This document shows, in pieces, positions 39,180 through 52,136 of a stretch of DNA of 64,000 nucleotides. The translations under genes were made by a program, and so were the position numbers. Every line of letters starts with the position of its first letter. Within the stretch, counting starts at the first letter, position 1. Under the pieces are notes generated by a model. It saw nothing but the letters and a program-made list of their open reading frames with translations. It ran no database searches and had not been told where the DNA came from. The stretch is from Lytechinus pictus (lineage: Eukaryota), in contig NC_087250.1 of assembly GCF_037042905.1 (NCBI RefSeq), forward strand, positions 24,678,001 to 24,742,000, written 5' to 3'.

Positions 39180-41600
39180 TAGTCTGACAAGATGATGGGA
39201 TTGGCAAGAACAAAGCACAGTATTTGAATTGGTGTGTAGTTTGTTAGAGTTGACAACCCTTTCTTATATGGATGGGAACGACTTAGACTTTCTTGAAATT
39301 TCACCGCATAAACATGATAAAGGGAGGCCAGGAAAAGCAAACTTATGGCAGGTAAGATCTGATGAGTAGTCTCATTAAGAAGTGCAGCAGAGATTCCGTC
39401 TGGCCTCCCAGGACCAAAATCCAGTTGAAACCAATTAGAGCAAAACCAATTGAAACCAGTTGGCCAACTGGTTTCAATAGGGAAATTGGAACAACTGGAA
39501 CCAATTGAAACCAGTTGCCAACTGATTCCAGTTAAAACCAATTGGGCAACTGGAACCAGTTGGCAATTGGTTTCAATTGGTTCCAGTTGAAAACAATTAA
39601 GCAACCAGTTGGCAACTGGTTTCAATTGGTTCCAGTTGTTCCAATTTCCCTATTAAAACCAGTTAATCCAATTGGAGGTAACTGGTTTCAATTGGTTCCA
39701 GTTGAAACCAATTGGAGGCAACTGGTTTCAACTGGAACCAGTTGAAACTAATTGGTTTCCAACTGGATCCAATTGGAACTTCCAGTTGGAATGACTTAAT
39801 TAGTTACAAATTAATTAGATTTTGCACTAACTATTGCTCATGCCAACAAAGAAGCAGTGCTATATGTCTATAATACCAATGTAAAGGGCATTGATAAATA
39901 GACTTTCATTATGTATATATATTACATGACGTACAGAGCTTCAAATATATGTATTTGTATTTGATGTAATTTGGTAACAGTTAGTGGTGTACTAATTATC
40001 TTATAATCTGTTTTAATTATAATCTATGACATTTATGAACATGGTTTTCACTCCTAAGCATTCTAAACACTTATCTGAAACAAGTATGGTACTTGAAATA
40101 GAAAATAATTAAATAGATACATTTTAAATGATGATGAATCACATAAAACATTAATCTGTGCACACTGGCAGATAATATGCAAATTAACTGGTTTCAATTG
40201 GAACCAGTTGGGTAACTGGAAAATTTCCAATTGGAAACCAATTGGAAGTCATTTCCAGTTACCCAACTGGATCCAGTTAGGATTTCCAGTTACCCAACTG
40301 GTTCCAGTTAGGATTTCCAGTTACCCAACTGGTTCCAGTTAGGATTTCCAGTTACCCAACTGGTTCCAGTTAGAAATCATTTCCAGTTGGAAGTCATTTC
40401 CAGTTACCCAACTGGTTCCAGTTAGGATTTCCAGTTACCCAACTGGTTCCAGTTAGAAATCATTTCCAGTTGGAAGTCATTTCCAGTTACCCAACTGGTT
40501 CCAGTTAGGATTTCCAGTTACCCAACTGGTTCCAGTAAGAAATCATTTCCAGTCGGAAGTCATTTCCAGTTACCCAACTGGTTCCAGTTAGGATTTCCAG
40601 TTACCCAACTGGTTCCAGTTAGGATTTCCAGTTACCCAACTGGTTCCAGTTAGAAATCATTTCCAGTTGGAAGTCATTTCCAGTTACCCAACTGGTTCCA
40701 GTTAGGATTTCCAGTTACCCAACTGGTTCCAGTTAGGATTTCCAGTTGCCCAACGGGTTCCAGTTAGGATTTCCAGTTGCCCAACTGGTTTCAATTGGTT
40801 TCAACTGGAAATTGTTATATTCCAGTTAAAACCAATTGAAACCAGTTGAAACCAATTGAAACCGAATGAAACCAGTTGGAAATCCAACTGGTTTCAATTG
40901 GATTTTGGTCCTGGGCTAGTAGCTTCATGCAGGTTGTTTTCTTTAACAATTTCTTCAGTAGTCTGGCTACACCTGCTTGACTAAACAATATGTTATCTGG
41001 CCATATCTGGGTCAGGACTGGGTCCCAGGACTTCAGCGTCATCATCATCATGATCAGTGGTGAATACTAAGACTAAAAATCTTTGCCTTCCTTTAATAAT
41101 GATATTCCAATGTAGTCATAGCTATTGATATTAAGGGCTCCCAACATGCTAATTGTTACAGCCTGGATCATTGTCAATCCGGTCAACAAATTATGTATAA
41201 TAGGCTTGACTACAAACCCTCTTATGGTCCTCTTTAATGCATTGTAGCAATTCTGAGCTTTACCTTACTGATGCTTTTGGAGCTCTAAAATGTGCAAGCC
41301 TTCCTAGACTTTCTCTAAAACTCTTGACATCTTCCGACACAACTTATGTCCATTCTCTCATTGAGGCAACTTGTGTCGGAAGAAGACATGGTTAATGGTG
41401 TGTTCTTGTTAAAGTCCTCTTGATTGGCATTCAGTCTCCTATGCTCGACTTGTCGGATTTCAGTACAGAGAGTTGTATGATTGTCCAAAGTACATCTGCA
41501 TGACACTATTAAAGTCAGCATTCCTCCAGAAGAACATCCTTAGTCGTACCATAAAATGTTTATTCCTCTGGATAACCTCACAGTATACCCATGAGTAGCA
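39180..41600 (-). pseudogene. Degenerate LINE ORF2 fragment (CR1/L2-like), split by the 39407-40915 insertion
   Basis: GVARLLKKL...(AT)RPDGISAALLNE...ISLLFLASL...KKG...NYTPI resembles the pre-RT segment of non-LTR ORF2; many disablements; extent approximate. Confidence 0.65.
39407..40915. mobile_element. Non-autonomous TIR element with subterminal repeats (EnSpm/CACTA-like)
   Basis: TIR CCCAGGACCAAAATCCA...TGGATTTTGGTCCTGGG, 2-bp CT duplication, arrays of CCAGTT/AACTGG/CCAATTGG motifs including a 31-bp tandem unit at about 40250-40790. Confidence 0.8.
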
Positions 41601-42104
41601 CATTGTGGCAAATAAATCTTGGAAGTGGTACACACTGTCTAATCAATGTTGGATGGTATTTGATGGTGATGTTAAGGGTGTTCCATTATGTTGTGTCCTC
41701 TTGTTGGAAAGGCAATAATCTGGCTTAGTTCTCCATCTGGTTTGTTGTCTCACTGAGGAATTTATGTTTACCATAAATATCAGGAAATTAATATTATTAT
41801 TTGCATACGACTTACTTAGAAACTATAGCTTTAATATTTTGAGATGGTTGCCATAGGAGATTTATCAAAGAGGAGAGAACAGAAAATGGATGCTTCAACA
41901 TGAAGCAGCAACTGGATTCAGCAAGAACGTCTAATTACGATTCCTGTATCTGAGAAAGATGCCTATAATGCACTTTAAGCCTTCATCATGAATTTATGAA
42001 TGGCTTTCATGTCGCTCGTATAGGCAAATGCCCATTGTTACTCTTATTAAGCATGCCCAGAGATCTTGTGATCCAAGAAAGTACTCATATTCACCACCAA
42101 GACA

Positions 42105-42590
42105 AGTGATGATGATGATGATGATGGGTTCTTGTAAAGCGTCGGTATCCGCCTCAGCTGGGCGCTCATGGCGCTTGCTCAAAAATAGGAAATATCTCAC
42201 AAATTTCAATGTCTTCAAACAGTGCTTAGGATCATCATTCAGTTCAAGTACTGTCCTAGTAATGCTACAATTGAGTTATTCTTGTCTTGGGATAATGTTG
42301 GAGTGGGGAACAGAAAGGTCTTCAGGTAAGACTCAAAAGTTGATTGGGTCTCTGCTCTCCTGATAAATTGGGGAAGGCTATTCCACAGCTTTGGTCCAGA
42401 GATGTAGAAGGCTCTGTCACCCCAGGTTGTGTGGCTGAGAGATTCCCTCAGCAATGCTTGAGCTGCTGATCTGAGACTGCGTGTTGGTCTATGCTGAGAT
42501 AAGAGCTCTGAGATGTAGGGTGGAGATTTATCGTTAAGCGCTTTAAATACAAGGACCCCAAGTGACATCTTGTGCTGATCACTTGGCAAT
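42105..42590 (-). mobile_element. L2-like LINE 3' end
   Basis: VFKALN..SPPYISELL...PTRSLRS...WGDRAF...GPKLWNSLP..IR...F...LKTFLF followed by a 3' UTR ending in (CAT)n. Confidence 0.8.
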
Positions 42591-43924
42591 CCAGGAGTTG
42601 CTAGCGTGGACTATACTCGCAAGAAACGCAAAGTCTCTATACAAAGTCAAGAAGAGAGCAAGACTTGGATGGAAATAATGAAACATTCAAGCAGTGGGAT
42701 CCATGTAGAATTGACTCATCATTGTACAATATGAGTGGGGTAACTGCTCGTGACAAAACTCAATATCAACCAAGCAAGAAGTGTAGGGAAGGTCATCATG
42801 GTTAATACACATAATCTACATGGAATTTTAGAGGAAAGTATCACTTATGTGTTTCCTTGAATATTTATAACATGTCGGATGCTTATTTGCATAATATGTA
42901 AATTATACTTCAGATATTAAGCTGATTATTAATGTATTTGCCATTCTTAGTGATCAAATCATATTGATCTAGACTGAAATGTTTTCATAACTGTTTTTGT
43001 GAGAAAAATTAAAATTTCTGGATTTTTTCCATATAAAGATGCTCATATATATGCAAATGAGGTAGATTTATTTACGATTTTTTTATCTAAAACATAAATA
43101 AATTTGTAAAACTTGTCATGGGCTTCAGTTCAATTCGTATTGATTTCCAATATTTGGATTATTTTCCTTATTTGTAATTTATTATGGCTAATTTGCATAA
43201 AATGCAAATTTTGTGATTTTCCCATATGCTTGTATATTTAAGGACTTTTAATATGGTGTTTAGGAAACCTTCCTGTAAGGTATTGCCATATTCCAATTTC
43301 AATAGATAATCTACTTGTAATTTTTGAGGGATGTATCACCAGTGTGTTTTCTTGAATATTTATAACATGTTAGATACTTTTATTTGCATAATATGCAAAT
43401 TACACTACAGACACTAAGCTGAATACAAATGTATTCAACGTCCTTAGTGATAGCAGCATGTAAATTCCAACATTAATGAAATTTTTAAGCAGATAATGAG
43501 AGAAAAATCACAATACCTACACATTTTTCCATATAAGGATGCTTATTTGCATATTATGCAAATGAGGTAGATTTTTTGCACTTTTGACAAAAAACATTGA
43601 ATACAGGTATTCATCATGAATTTTTGCTCAAATTAAATTGTTTTGGACACTCAATTTGTAATCGTTGGGCTATTTTCCTTATTTTTCTTACTTTTTATGG
43701 CTAATTTGCATAATATGCAAATTTAATAAATTTCCACTGCTTGGATTTCTTGGGACTTTTAGTATGTTGTTTAGGGGATCTTCCTTGAAAGCATTGCAGT
43801 GGAATATCTCGTGTTGCAATTAGTGGTGGGTCAAACCCTATATTGACTGGACTACTTTCCATTAGTGAAGAAGCTTGATGTGGATTCACGTAGGCAATAT
43901 CTTTGTTTTTTATCAGAGTTTTTG

Positions 43925-44602
43925 TCTTACAAGTTTTTGAAATGTCATCATAACTTAGAAAATATATGGACCTAGTTCATGAAACTTGGACATACATAAG
44001 GTTAATCAAGTATCACTGAACATCCTGCATGAGTTTCACGTCACATGACCAAGGTCAAAGGTCATTTAGGGTCAATGAACTTTGGCCGAATTGGGGGTAT
44101 CTCTAATCTGTTGAATTACCATCATAACTTTAAAAGTTTATGGATCTGATTCATGAAACTTGGACATAATAGTAATCAAGTATTACTGAACATCCTGTGG
44201 AAGATTCAGGTCACATGATCAAGGTCAAAGGTCATTTAGGGTCAATGAACTTTGGCCAAATGGGGGGTAATTGTTGAATTACCATCATAACTTTGAAAGT
44301 ATGTTGGTCTAGTTCATAAAACTTGGACATAAGAGTAATCAAGTATCACTGAACATCCTGTGCGCATTTTAGGTCGCATGACCAAAGTCAAAGGTCAATT
44401 AACTTTGGCCATAATGGGGGTATCTATTGAATTACCATCAAAACTTTGAAAGTTTATGGATCTGACTCGTGAAACTTGGACATAAGAGTTATCAAGTATC
44501 ACTGAACATCTTGTGCGAGTTATAGTAGTTTTCAAAGTCAGCACAGCTGCTATATTGAATCGCGTGATGCAGGTGAGACCGCCAGAGGCATTCCACTTGT
44601 TC
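43925..44602 (+). mobile_element. 5'-truncated copy of the 3726-4516 element
   Basis: Same tandem units and near-identical 3' end (...GATGCAGGTGAGAC.GCCAGAGGCATTCCACTTGTT). Further fragments at about 46735-46950 (5' end) and about 26635-26780. Confidence 0.8.
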
Positions 44603-47600
44603 TTTCTTTAGCATTTCTTGTGTAAAGATTGCTGAGTGGCGCATTTATGTAGAATGTAATATACATGCTGCGGTTATACCGTTATTAATGTGAGCCCTGT
44701 AATACCATAAATTTGTATTTGCTCATACATGAACGTTTTCCTATATCATTGCTATTACTCTGTAATCTATAAATTTGGAATTTTGATTTAAAGTATTTGT
44801 GCCCATTTATAACACATGTATACACAAACTTTGATAGCTTGTCCACCCAAACAAAAAGTTGCATCGAAAAGCACTGGAAACTTCACCCCCCCCCCAAAAA
44901 AAAAAAAAAATCAACTTTTGTTATGTCCATATTTTTGGCAGTATGCAAAATTGCAAATGAGTGAGCAGATGATGTCACACATTAGTCTCTTTTGTATTTT
45001 CAAACAGTCTGACCCCCCCCCCCCCCACCCAATATCATAAAACTCGGTTTAATTATAGTCTCTCAAGCCTTCAAATACCCATTATTACCTAGGGTGTATG
45101 TAAAGCTAAAATATGTAATGATGGTTTCTCCTATCCTTTGCCGTCTCAGGAATCCTGACGTAATTTAAAAGCCACTTAGGATATTAAAGTTTTTTTAGTC
45201 TGTCACAGAAAATTGAATCCCCCTCTTTTTTGCAGGCAAATTATGACTAAAATAGTGTGATGTCATTTGAAATTAGTTTTTTTTTTAAGACAACACAAAT
45301 ACAGCATGCTTCATAGACATTTATTAGTCCAAATTGTAAAGAAGGTGAGAGAAGTTTACTGTTGAGACTTTTTTTGATGTTACATTAATTATACATCGTT
45401 TAGCATTCAACTGATAAAACATTTCTCTATATGAGTACATGTAGCAGAAGTGTTAAAGACATAAGCTTCTAATATACATGTATGATTTACGTATTAACAA
45501 AACACAATGTACATGTACATCTTTCTTTAGAATAAGATTTGGTTTACAGGCACAAACCTCTAAACATCTTAAACTAGTTATTTGTAAAGACACTTGAGAT
45601 ATAGCATCTATTAAAAAAGTTCTCACATGTTTGCTGATCAATGGAGTCAATCATACAATGTATGTACATTCTCCAGGTATCAATGCATATTATATCAAGA
45701 AACCCATTTGTATTTTAAATTTAGGAACAATATCAATTGATGAAATCCTGACTACCCTTAGAAATAAGTATATGTAACCCATAAATTACATATATATTCC
45801 GAAATTACAGTTCACATATTATTTTGAAAAGAAAACAATTTTTTTTTATCCCACTGCCCACCTTAAAGGACAAGTCCACCCCAACAAAAAGTTCATTTGA
45901 ATCAAGAGAAAAATCCAACAAGCATGACACTGAAAAGTTCATCAAAATCGGATGTAAAATAAGAAAGTTATGACATTTTTAAGTTTCACTTAATTTCACA
46001 TAATAGTTATATGCACATCCTGGTTGGTATGCAAATGAGCAGACTGATGGCATCATCCACTCACTATTTATTTTGTATTTTATTATATATATTAAATATT
46101 CTCATTTTTTCATTGTCAAGTGAAACAATTAATTCCTCCCTGAGCATGTTAAATTAGCATTGTGTAAGCTATTACTATATGGTTCAGTCAAGGTGGACAG
46201 TTGGTCCTCATTGTCAAATCTGTAAAAGTGAAGGACATCATTGACATTGTGCATATTACTGTTTGGTGAAAAATAAGCAAAACTTCAAAATGTCATAACT
46301 TTCTTATTTAACATCTAATGTTGATAACATTTATGCTACTTTGATTAAAATTCTCTATTCCTTAAAAATCAACATTTCTCTGGGGTGGACTTGACATTTC
46401 AGTATGCTTCTTTAAATTATCACATGCATAAGAAAGGTGCAATACTAATAAGTGTGCTAATCATATGCTAATAAATGACTAAAAGACTGATTAAAATTAG
46501 AAATATAAAATGTTGTAAACAAATATGCTGCACCAAATAAAATGGATTTATTTAACAATCCCATGTTTATGAATTTTGCATGTTCTTTATTTATTGTTCT
46601 GGGCTCTCTTTTAGAGGTAAAAATAAGTAAACTTCAACACATTTTTTATTATGACCAATAATTAATCTATCAGAATTATTGGTTGGAGTTTGCAGTCGTA
46701 CAAAAGTCTGAATTGTGAGGTGATCTCCCCATTTTTCTCGCCTACATAGCAGAGCGAGACTATAGGCGCCACTTTTCCGATGATGGTGGCGTCGTCGTCT
46801 TCATTGAAATCTTAACCAAGGTTAAGTTTTTGAAATGTCATCATAAATTAGAAAATGGACCTGGTTCATGAAACTTGGACATTGGGTAATCAAGTAATAC
46901 TGAACATCCTGCCTGAGTTTCAGGTCACATGACCAAGGTCAAAGGTCACTGTGATTGGATATTCTGAAGCTCATTACTGGTCATTTTAGGACCTAAAACA
47001 TGATTTCAATCATTCTTATTTTCAGCTAGTCAGCCAGATTATTTCAAATCAATGCTGCCATCTCCTGATCAAGATGAAAACAAAACAAATGAAAAATGAA
47101 ATCCTTTTGGTCAAACAACATAATTTCCTTATAGCGGATTCACCTGTGTGGTGAAAATCAGTGACTGGGAGTGTCTGTTGCCCACACTCTGTACAAATTG
47201 CCACAATACACACTAAAGCTAGGCGACCGCACACCTTATGACCCGATTTCAGAATAAAACGTAGTAGAATTTGATGCTAATATTGAGACTTAGAATATCT
47301 TACTGTGTAATGTTCTAAATCATTGTACGAATACCTATGTTCAAATCTGTGAACTATGCTATCATCCTTCTTAGAATAAAAGCGAATTTAATATCTAGTC
47401 GTAATGACATTATAGAAGTCTTACGATTGGCTACGATTTGAAACTAACTTGGCCTTTACTCCAAAATAAAGGCTTGCAATCTTTCAAAATGGTTATATTA
47501 GTATTCTTTCAATTAATTTTAACCTCAAATAAAATGATATGTTCCATTCACATTTTCAGAGTTCCAAAATGGGATCGCGAACAGTCGTAAGGTGTGCGGT

Positions 47601-48589
47601 GGCCTTTAAATTGGTGGGATCCTCATTGGAGTATCAAGACCCTATCTTACAAAGAGTTGTGATCGATCCGATCAGACAACTATGGAAAGCCAGCGCTGCC
47701 AATCAAGAATGATGTGTGTTTCCGTTCAGAGTGTTAACGCATGCATCATTGGCCTGACAAATCAGAGTGCTCGTTCTTGTTTCCTTCGAGACCTCTGTTA
47801 TGCACATTTCCTATGTTATGATTTGTTTACATTAATGGATTTCCACGGTCGAAATTGGTCAAATATCACAGTTATTTGTGAGAAGGGGCTGCAAAGGCCC
47901 TGTACATTTTTCTTCTTATTTTCTCCATTTGATTTCGTGCCTGTATCTTAGTGTTGGAAAAAAGGTCCAAAAAACTACCTGTTCCTATCTATCAATAATT
48001 GTATTCATTTCATGGAATAACTATAGGCTTCATTTCACACTATAAAATGCAGTACATGCTACATGAAATGAATTAATCATCATCACAAGTGTTCATTAAC
48101 CCCCCTATCTACTAGAAAATGTTTTATAATCTTACATTCAAAGGTACTTACATATAATTTACCAACATATATAGTGCTATATCCTATTGTAAAGAAATGT
48201 TTGTTAAAAACTGCAAAATCTTAAAATAGCCTTAAAATGGACACAAGCTTTTGACATGCACTCATCAGAGTAAAATCACATGAATAAACACTAGAATGAA
48301 TCAATATATAATTGAACTGAAATAGACAATGGATGCTAAATGACAAGCTGTGACTGGATGTCAAGGTAAACAAATTTAGGCTTGGTATCAGTTATGTTCA
48401 TCCTAAAAAACTATGGTACTAAATTGATACTTTATCATAAAGTATATGACATGACTACACTAAAACATTTTGTAAATTATTTGTGACTTGCCACTCCAAA
48501 ACCAGCAATGAGTCACCAAGGAATGTTTTCTGAAAGTAGTGAAAACAATTATTTTGCTTATCTGAAAGAGGAAAACCTTTTCCTTCCCA

Positions 48590-50330
48590 TTTTTATTGCC
48601 AAATCTTTGTCCCACTTTATCTCAAAATCGGGCATGTCAATTTTCTTGATTTTCGTGTCATGTATGGACATCATTATGGACATGGGAAACGAAACTTTTC
48701 AAGGTTATCAAATCATGATGACGTCATCTAGGCACCATTTTGTAAAATTAAATGATTGATCATATCATCGCAACCAATCATAAAAAAATAATCCATATTT
48801 GCATCATATCAAGTTCAGGTGACAGTTCATCAGGATATATCATCAGAGGTCATGCAAAGGTCATGACGCGCGCGTACGCGCGCGCCAAAATTTTAAATTT
48901 CCCCAAATTGACCGTGGTCAAGTTTGGGTACGTTTCTGGTCATTTTGAGCATGTCAAGAATTTGCGCGCGCACAGGTGTGCGTGCGCGTTCTTGCACCTA
49001 CCATCGGTATGCATCTTCAAGTCATTATTTATTTTATGTCTTTCCATTGTCCATATTTTTCTGATTAATTTGATACCTCATTCAGCCTCTTACGACCAAT
49101 AATACGGAAATGCGCGTCCCTTCAAATTTGCATTACTCGCGCGTGCAAACTTGCAAAATAAGTCATAAATGGGCAAAAATATGCCTATATAAAATTGACT
49201 GTAGCTCTTCAGGGAGTCCGTTGACCCCCATTTTTTTTTTCATATTCGAATAGAGTATGAATAGGAGATATGATTTCATGCCACATTTGACCCTTAATTA
49301 CATCGTGACGTCATCAAAATGGCGTCGGAACTAAAAATTTGTGTTTTCTGTTTAATGATGTCACCACACTCATGTAAATTGATTCTAATTCCGTTAATGT
49401 TGGTCTGTTCTCGCCAAATTTTCAATATGTTTTAACTTAGAATCTACTCTTTAGACAATATCTCCACTGTTTCATTTTAAAGCTTGTACTATTCTCAAAA
49501 CTAGAACTTTGTAGAGGTTTGTTATCATGCCCATTTTGTACTTGCAAAAAAATACATTGACAATATATGTTTCCGGTTTTGCTCTCTCTGCCAGTCGGAC
49601 ACACTGTGGTCGACTGGATAACATACCTGACTGGTAAAGCAGGGTTCGGTAGTTCAAACCTCGCTTTACTCTTTTTTTTTCTCTCTCCTTTTTAAGGGGT
49701 CTGTCATGAAAATGACAGATCACCTTTTATATTCGTCAGAATTTTCTTTATTTTTATTGCCAAATCTTTGTCCCACTTTATCTCAGAATCGGGCATGTCA
49801 ATTTCCTTGATTTTCATGTCATGTATGGACATCATTATGGACATGGGAAACGAAACTTTTCAAGGTTATCAAATCATGATGACGTCATCTAGGCGCCATT
49901 TTGTAAAATTAAATGATTGATCATATCATCGCAACCAATCATAAAAAAATACTCCATATTTGCATCATATCAAGTTCAGGTGACAGGTCATCAGGACATA
50001 TCATCAGAGGTCATGCGCGCGTCAAAATTTTAAATTTCCCCAAATCGACCGTGGTCAAGTTTGGGTACGTTTCAGGTCAGTTTGAGTATGTCAAGAATTT
50101 GCGCGCGCACAGGTATGCGTCCATTGTCCATTATCTTCTGATTTATTTGATACCTCATTCAGCCTCTTACGACCAATAATACGGGAATGCGCCTCCATTC
50201 AAATTTGCATTACACGCGCGTGCAAACTCGCAAAATAATTCATAAATGGGCAAAAATATGCCTACATAAAATTCACTGTAGCTCTTCAGGGAGTCTGTTG
50301 ACCCCCAATTTTTTCTCATTCTTGGATATA
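48590..50330 (+). repeat. Two direct copies of an about 600-bp repeat (48590-49240 and 49752-50320)
   Basis: Both begin TTTTATTGCCAAATCTTTGTCCCACTTTATCTC and are colinear; the second lacks short internal segments. Confidence 0.85.
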
Positions 50331-51207
50331 GTGAATATCTCATTTGGAGATTTCGTAATTACGTCAAGATTAAGTTATTAGTGAAAATTACATATTTTCG
50401 CAACATACATCAACGTATTTGACCGTATCTTCGTTATTACTGGTCAGTTTTCTCCCAAATTTTGATACGATGTAGTTCCGATGATAACGGGTAATTTTAA
50501 CATTGTAAAACATCATTTATGCATCTATGTAGGAAACGCTGCAATATTGAGACGCTATTGGGTTGAAAAATTTCATTCTGGACTTTTTGCGGAAATTCCT
50601 GGGGTGGTATTCTGAGATCCATTTTATCTCAGATAAAATAAAATATTTTATCTCCGTTAAAATTAGTGAGATAAAATACCCTTAAAATCTCTCCGAATTG
50701 GTATTCTGAAAACAATTTTATCTTCATTTTATCTCTGTAAGACACACCTATTTTTAAATCAATATCCAATTAGAAACGCGCTTTTATAGCTCTCTCATAT
50801 CACTCAACCAATGGAAATCAATTCCGCTAGGAGGTATGGCAAAGAAGTCAGATTGCGTCAATTTATTGACTTCAAATACGCTTGCACTATACGCTTGCGC
50901 GTCTTTCAGAGATTTCTTTTTAACAAAAATGACAATACTCTTTTCTTTTTTTCGAATTCTATTTCGCATCTTTTCAAGCATCATTTCATAGACAATATTA
51001 GTCAAGAAAATTATTATGAAATACTTCCTGATTGTACAGGAATAACTTTAAGGTGTTGTTCTCAATGAATATATAATTTTTCTCCATTTTCTTGTCAACA
51101 TTTGGAGTTCATTCACCTAGAAATATTGACAAAATGAACGTCGCGGAGATAAAATAGCCCCTACCCTCTTTTAAGTTTATTTTATTTTGTTCTTCAAAGT
51201 AACTATT

Positions 51208-51656
51208 ACCGTGTTTACACTTAATCGGCATTTGAATCGGCTCGCGGTTCTGAACCGCGAGCCGATGCAGCATCGGCTTTTTCATAGCGTGTAAACGCGA
51301 GCAACTTGAATCGGCTCGCGGTTCAGAACCGGCAATTTGCACCACCAAAGTAGTAGGTTCTGAACCGCGAGCCGATGCAGAATCGGCTTTTTTACTACGT
51401 GTAAACAGAAAGCCGATTCTGCACCGGCAATTTGTGCGCATTTCTATTACTTTACCATTGTGACGTAATTGTAAGCGCACTGATCCAGCGTTGTCTTTAT
51501 TATGACGTATATTGTAGGTATGCGTATCATTTCAGGTTTTTGCATCGGCTCGCGGTTCTGAACCGCGAGCTGTAACAACGTGTAAACGCAATCCAAATGC
51601 CGATTCTGCATCGGCATTTGGTTCAGAACCAATTGCCGATTAAGTGTAAACACGGT
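51208..51656. mobile_element. MITE nested in the 50601-51695 copy
   Basis: TIR ACCGTGTTTACACTTAATCGGCA, ATT on both sides; absent from the homologous position (about 32420) of the other copy; related fragment at about 26245-26630. Confidence 0.8.
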
Positions 51657-51718
51657 ATTGGTCGCAAGCACATCACCCGCGTTGCAATGTCCATATCAAA
51701 GACCTTATAATATATTAA

Positions 51719-52136
51719 GGCCACCGCACACCTTACGACCCGACCAGTCGCCGACTGGCTTGCGACTGGGTGAGGGGAGATGTGACGTCACAGCGCATGT
51801 CAGCTTCAGAGTCGCAGACCGGTCAGAGACAAGTCGCAAGGAAAATCGGAAGGATTTGACATGTCGAATCCTTATGACTGGATCGCAAGCTCAATCCAAA
51901 TTCCAGCCAATCAGACAGCATACTTGCACGACGCGTATATGATAAACAACGCGCATACGCAGTAGTAAACGCATTCTCTTTGTTGTTATGCCAAAAAGCA
52001 AAAAGCGCATGCGTGAGTCGCAGATCGGATCGCAAGGTGTGCGGTGTCGAGGCTTATGACTGCCTTGCGACTCATCTCCCCTCACCCAGTCGCAAGCCAG
52101 TCGGCGACTGGTCGGGTCGTAAGGTGTGCGGTGGCC
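51719..52136. mobile_element. MITE with about 65-bp near-perfect TIRs
   Basis: TTAA|GGCCACCGCACACCTTACGACCCGACC...GGTCGGGTCGTAAGGTGTGCGGTGGCC|TTAA; similar termini with a different interior at about 47221-47605. Confidence 0.85.

Larger units (their letters stand above)
38384..43854. mobile_element. Long-TIR non-autonomous DNA transposon, Academ-like
   Basis: Termini TAGTCCAGTCAAT...ATTGACTGGACTA, CTT on both sides (38381-38383, 43855-43857), several hundred bp of imperfect inverted arms. Superfamily inferred from TAG/CTA ends and 3-bp TSD. Confidence 0.75.
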
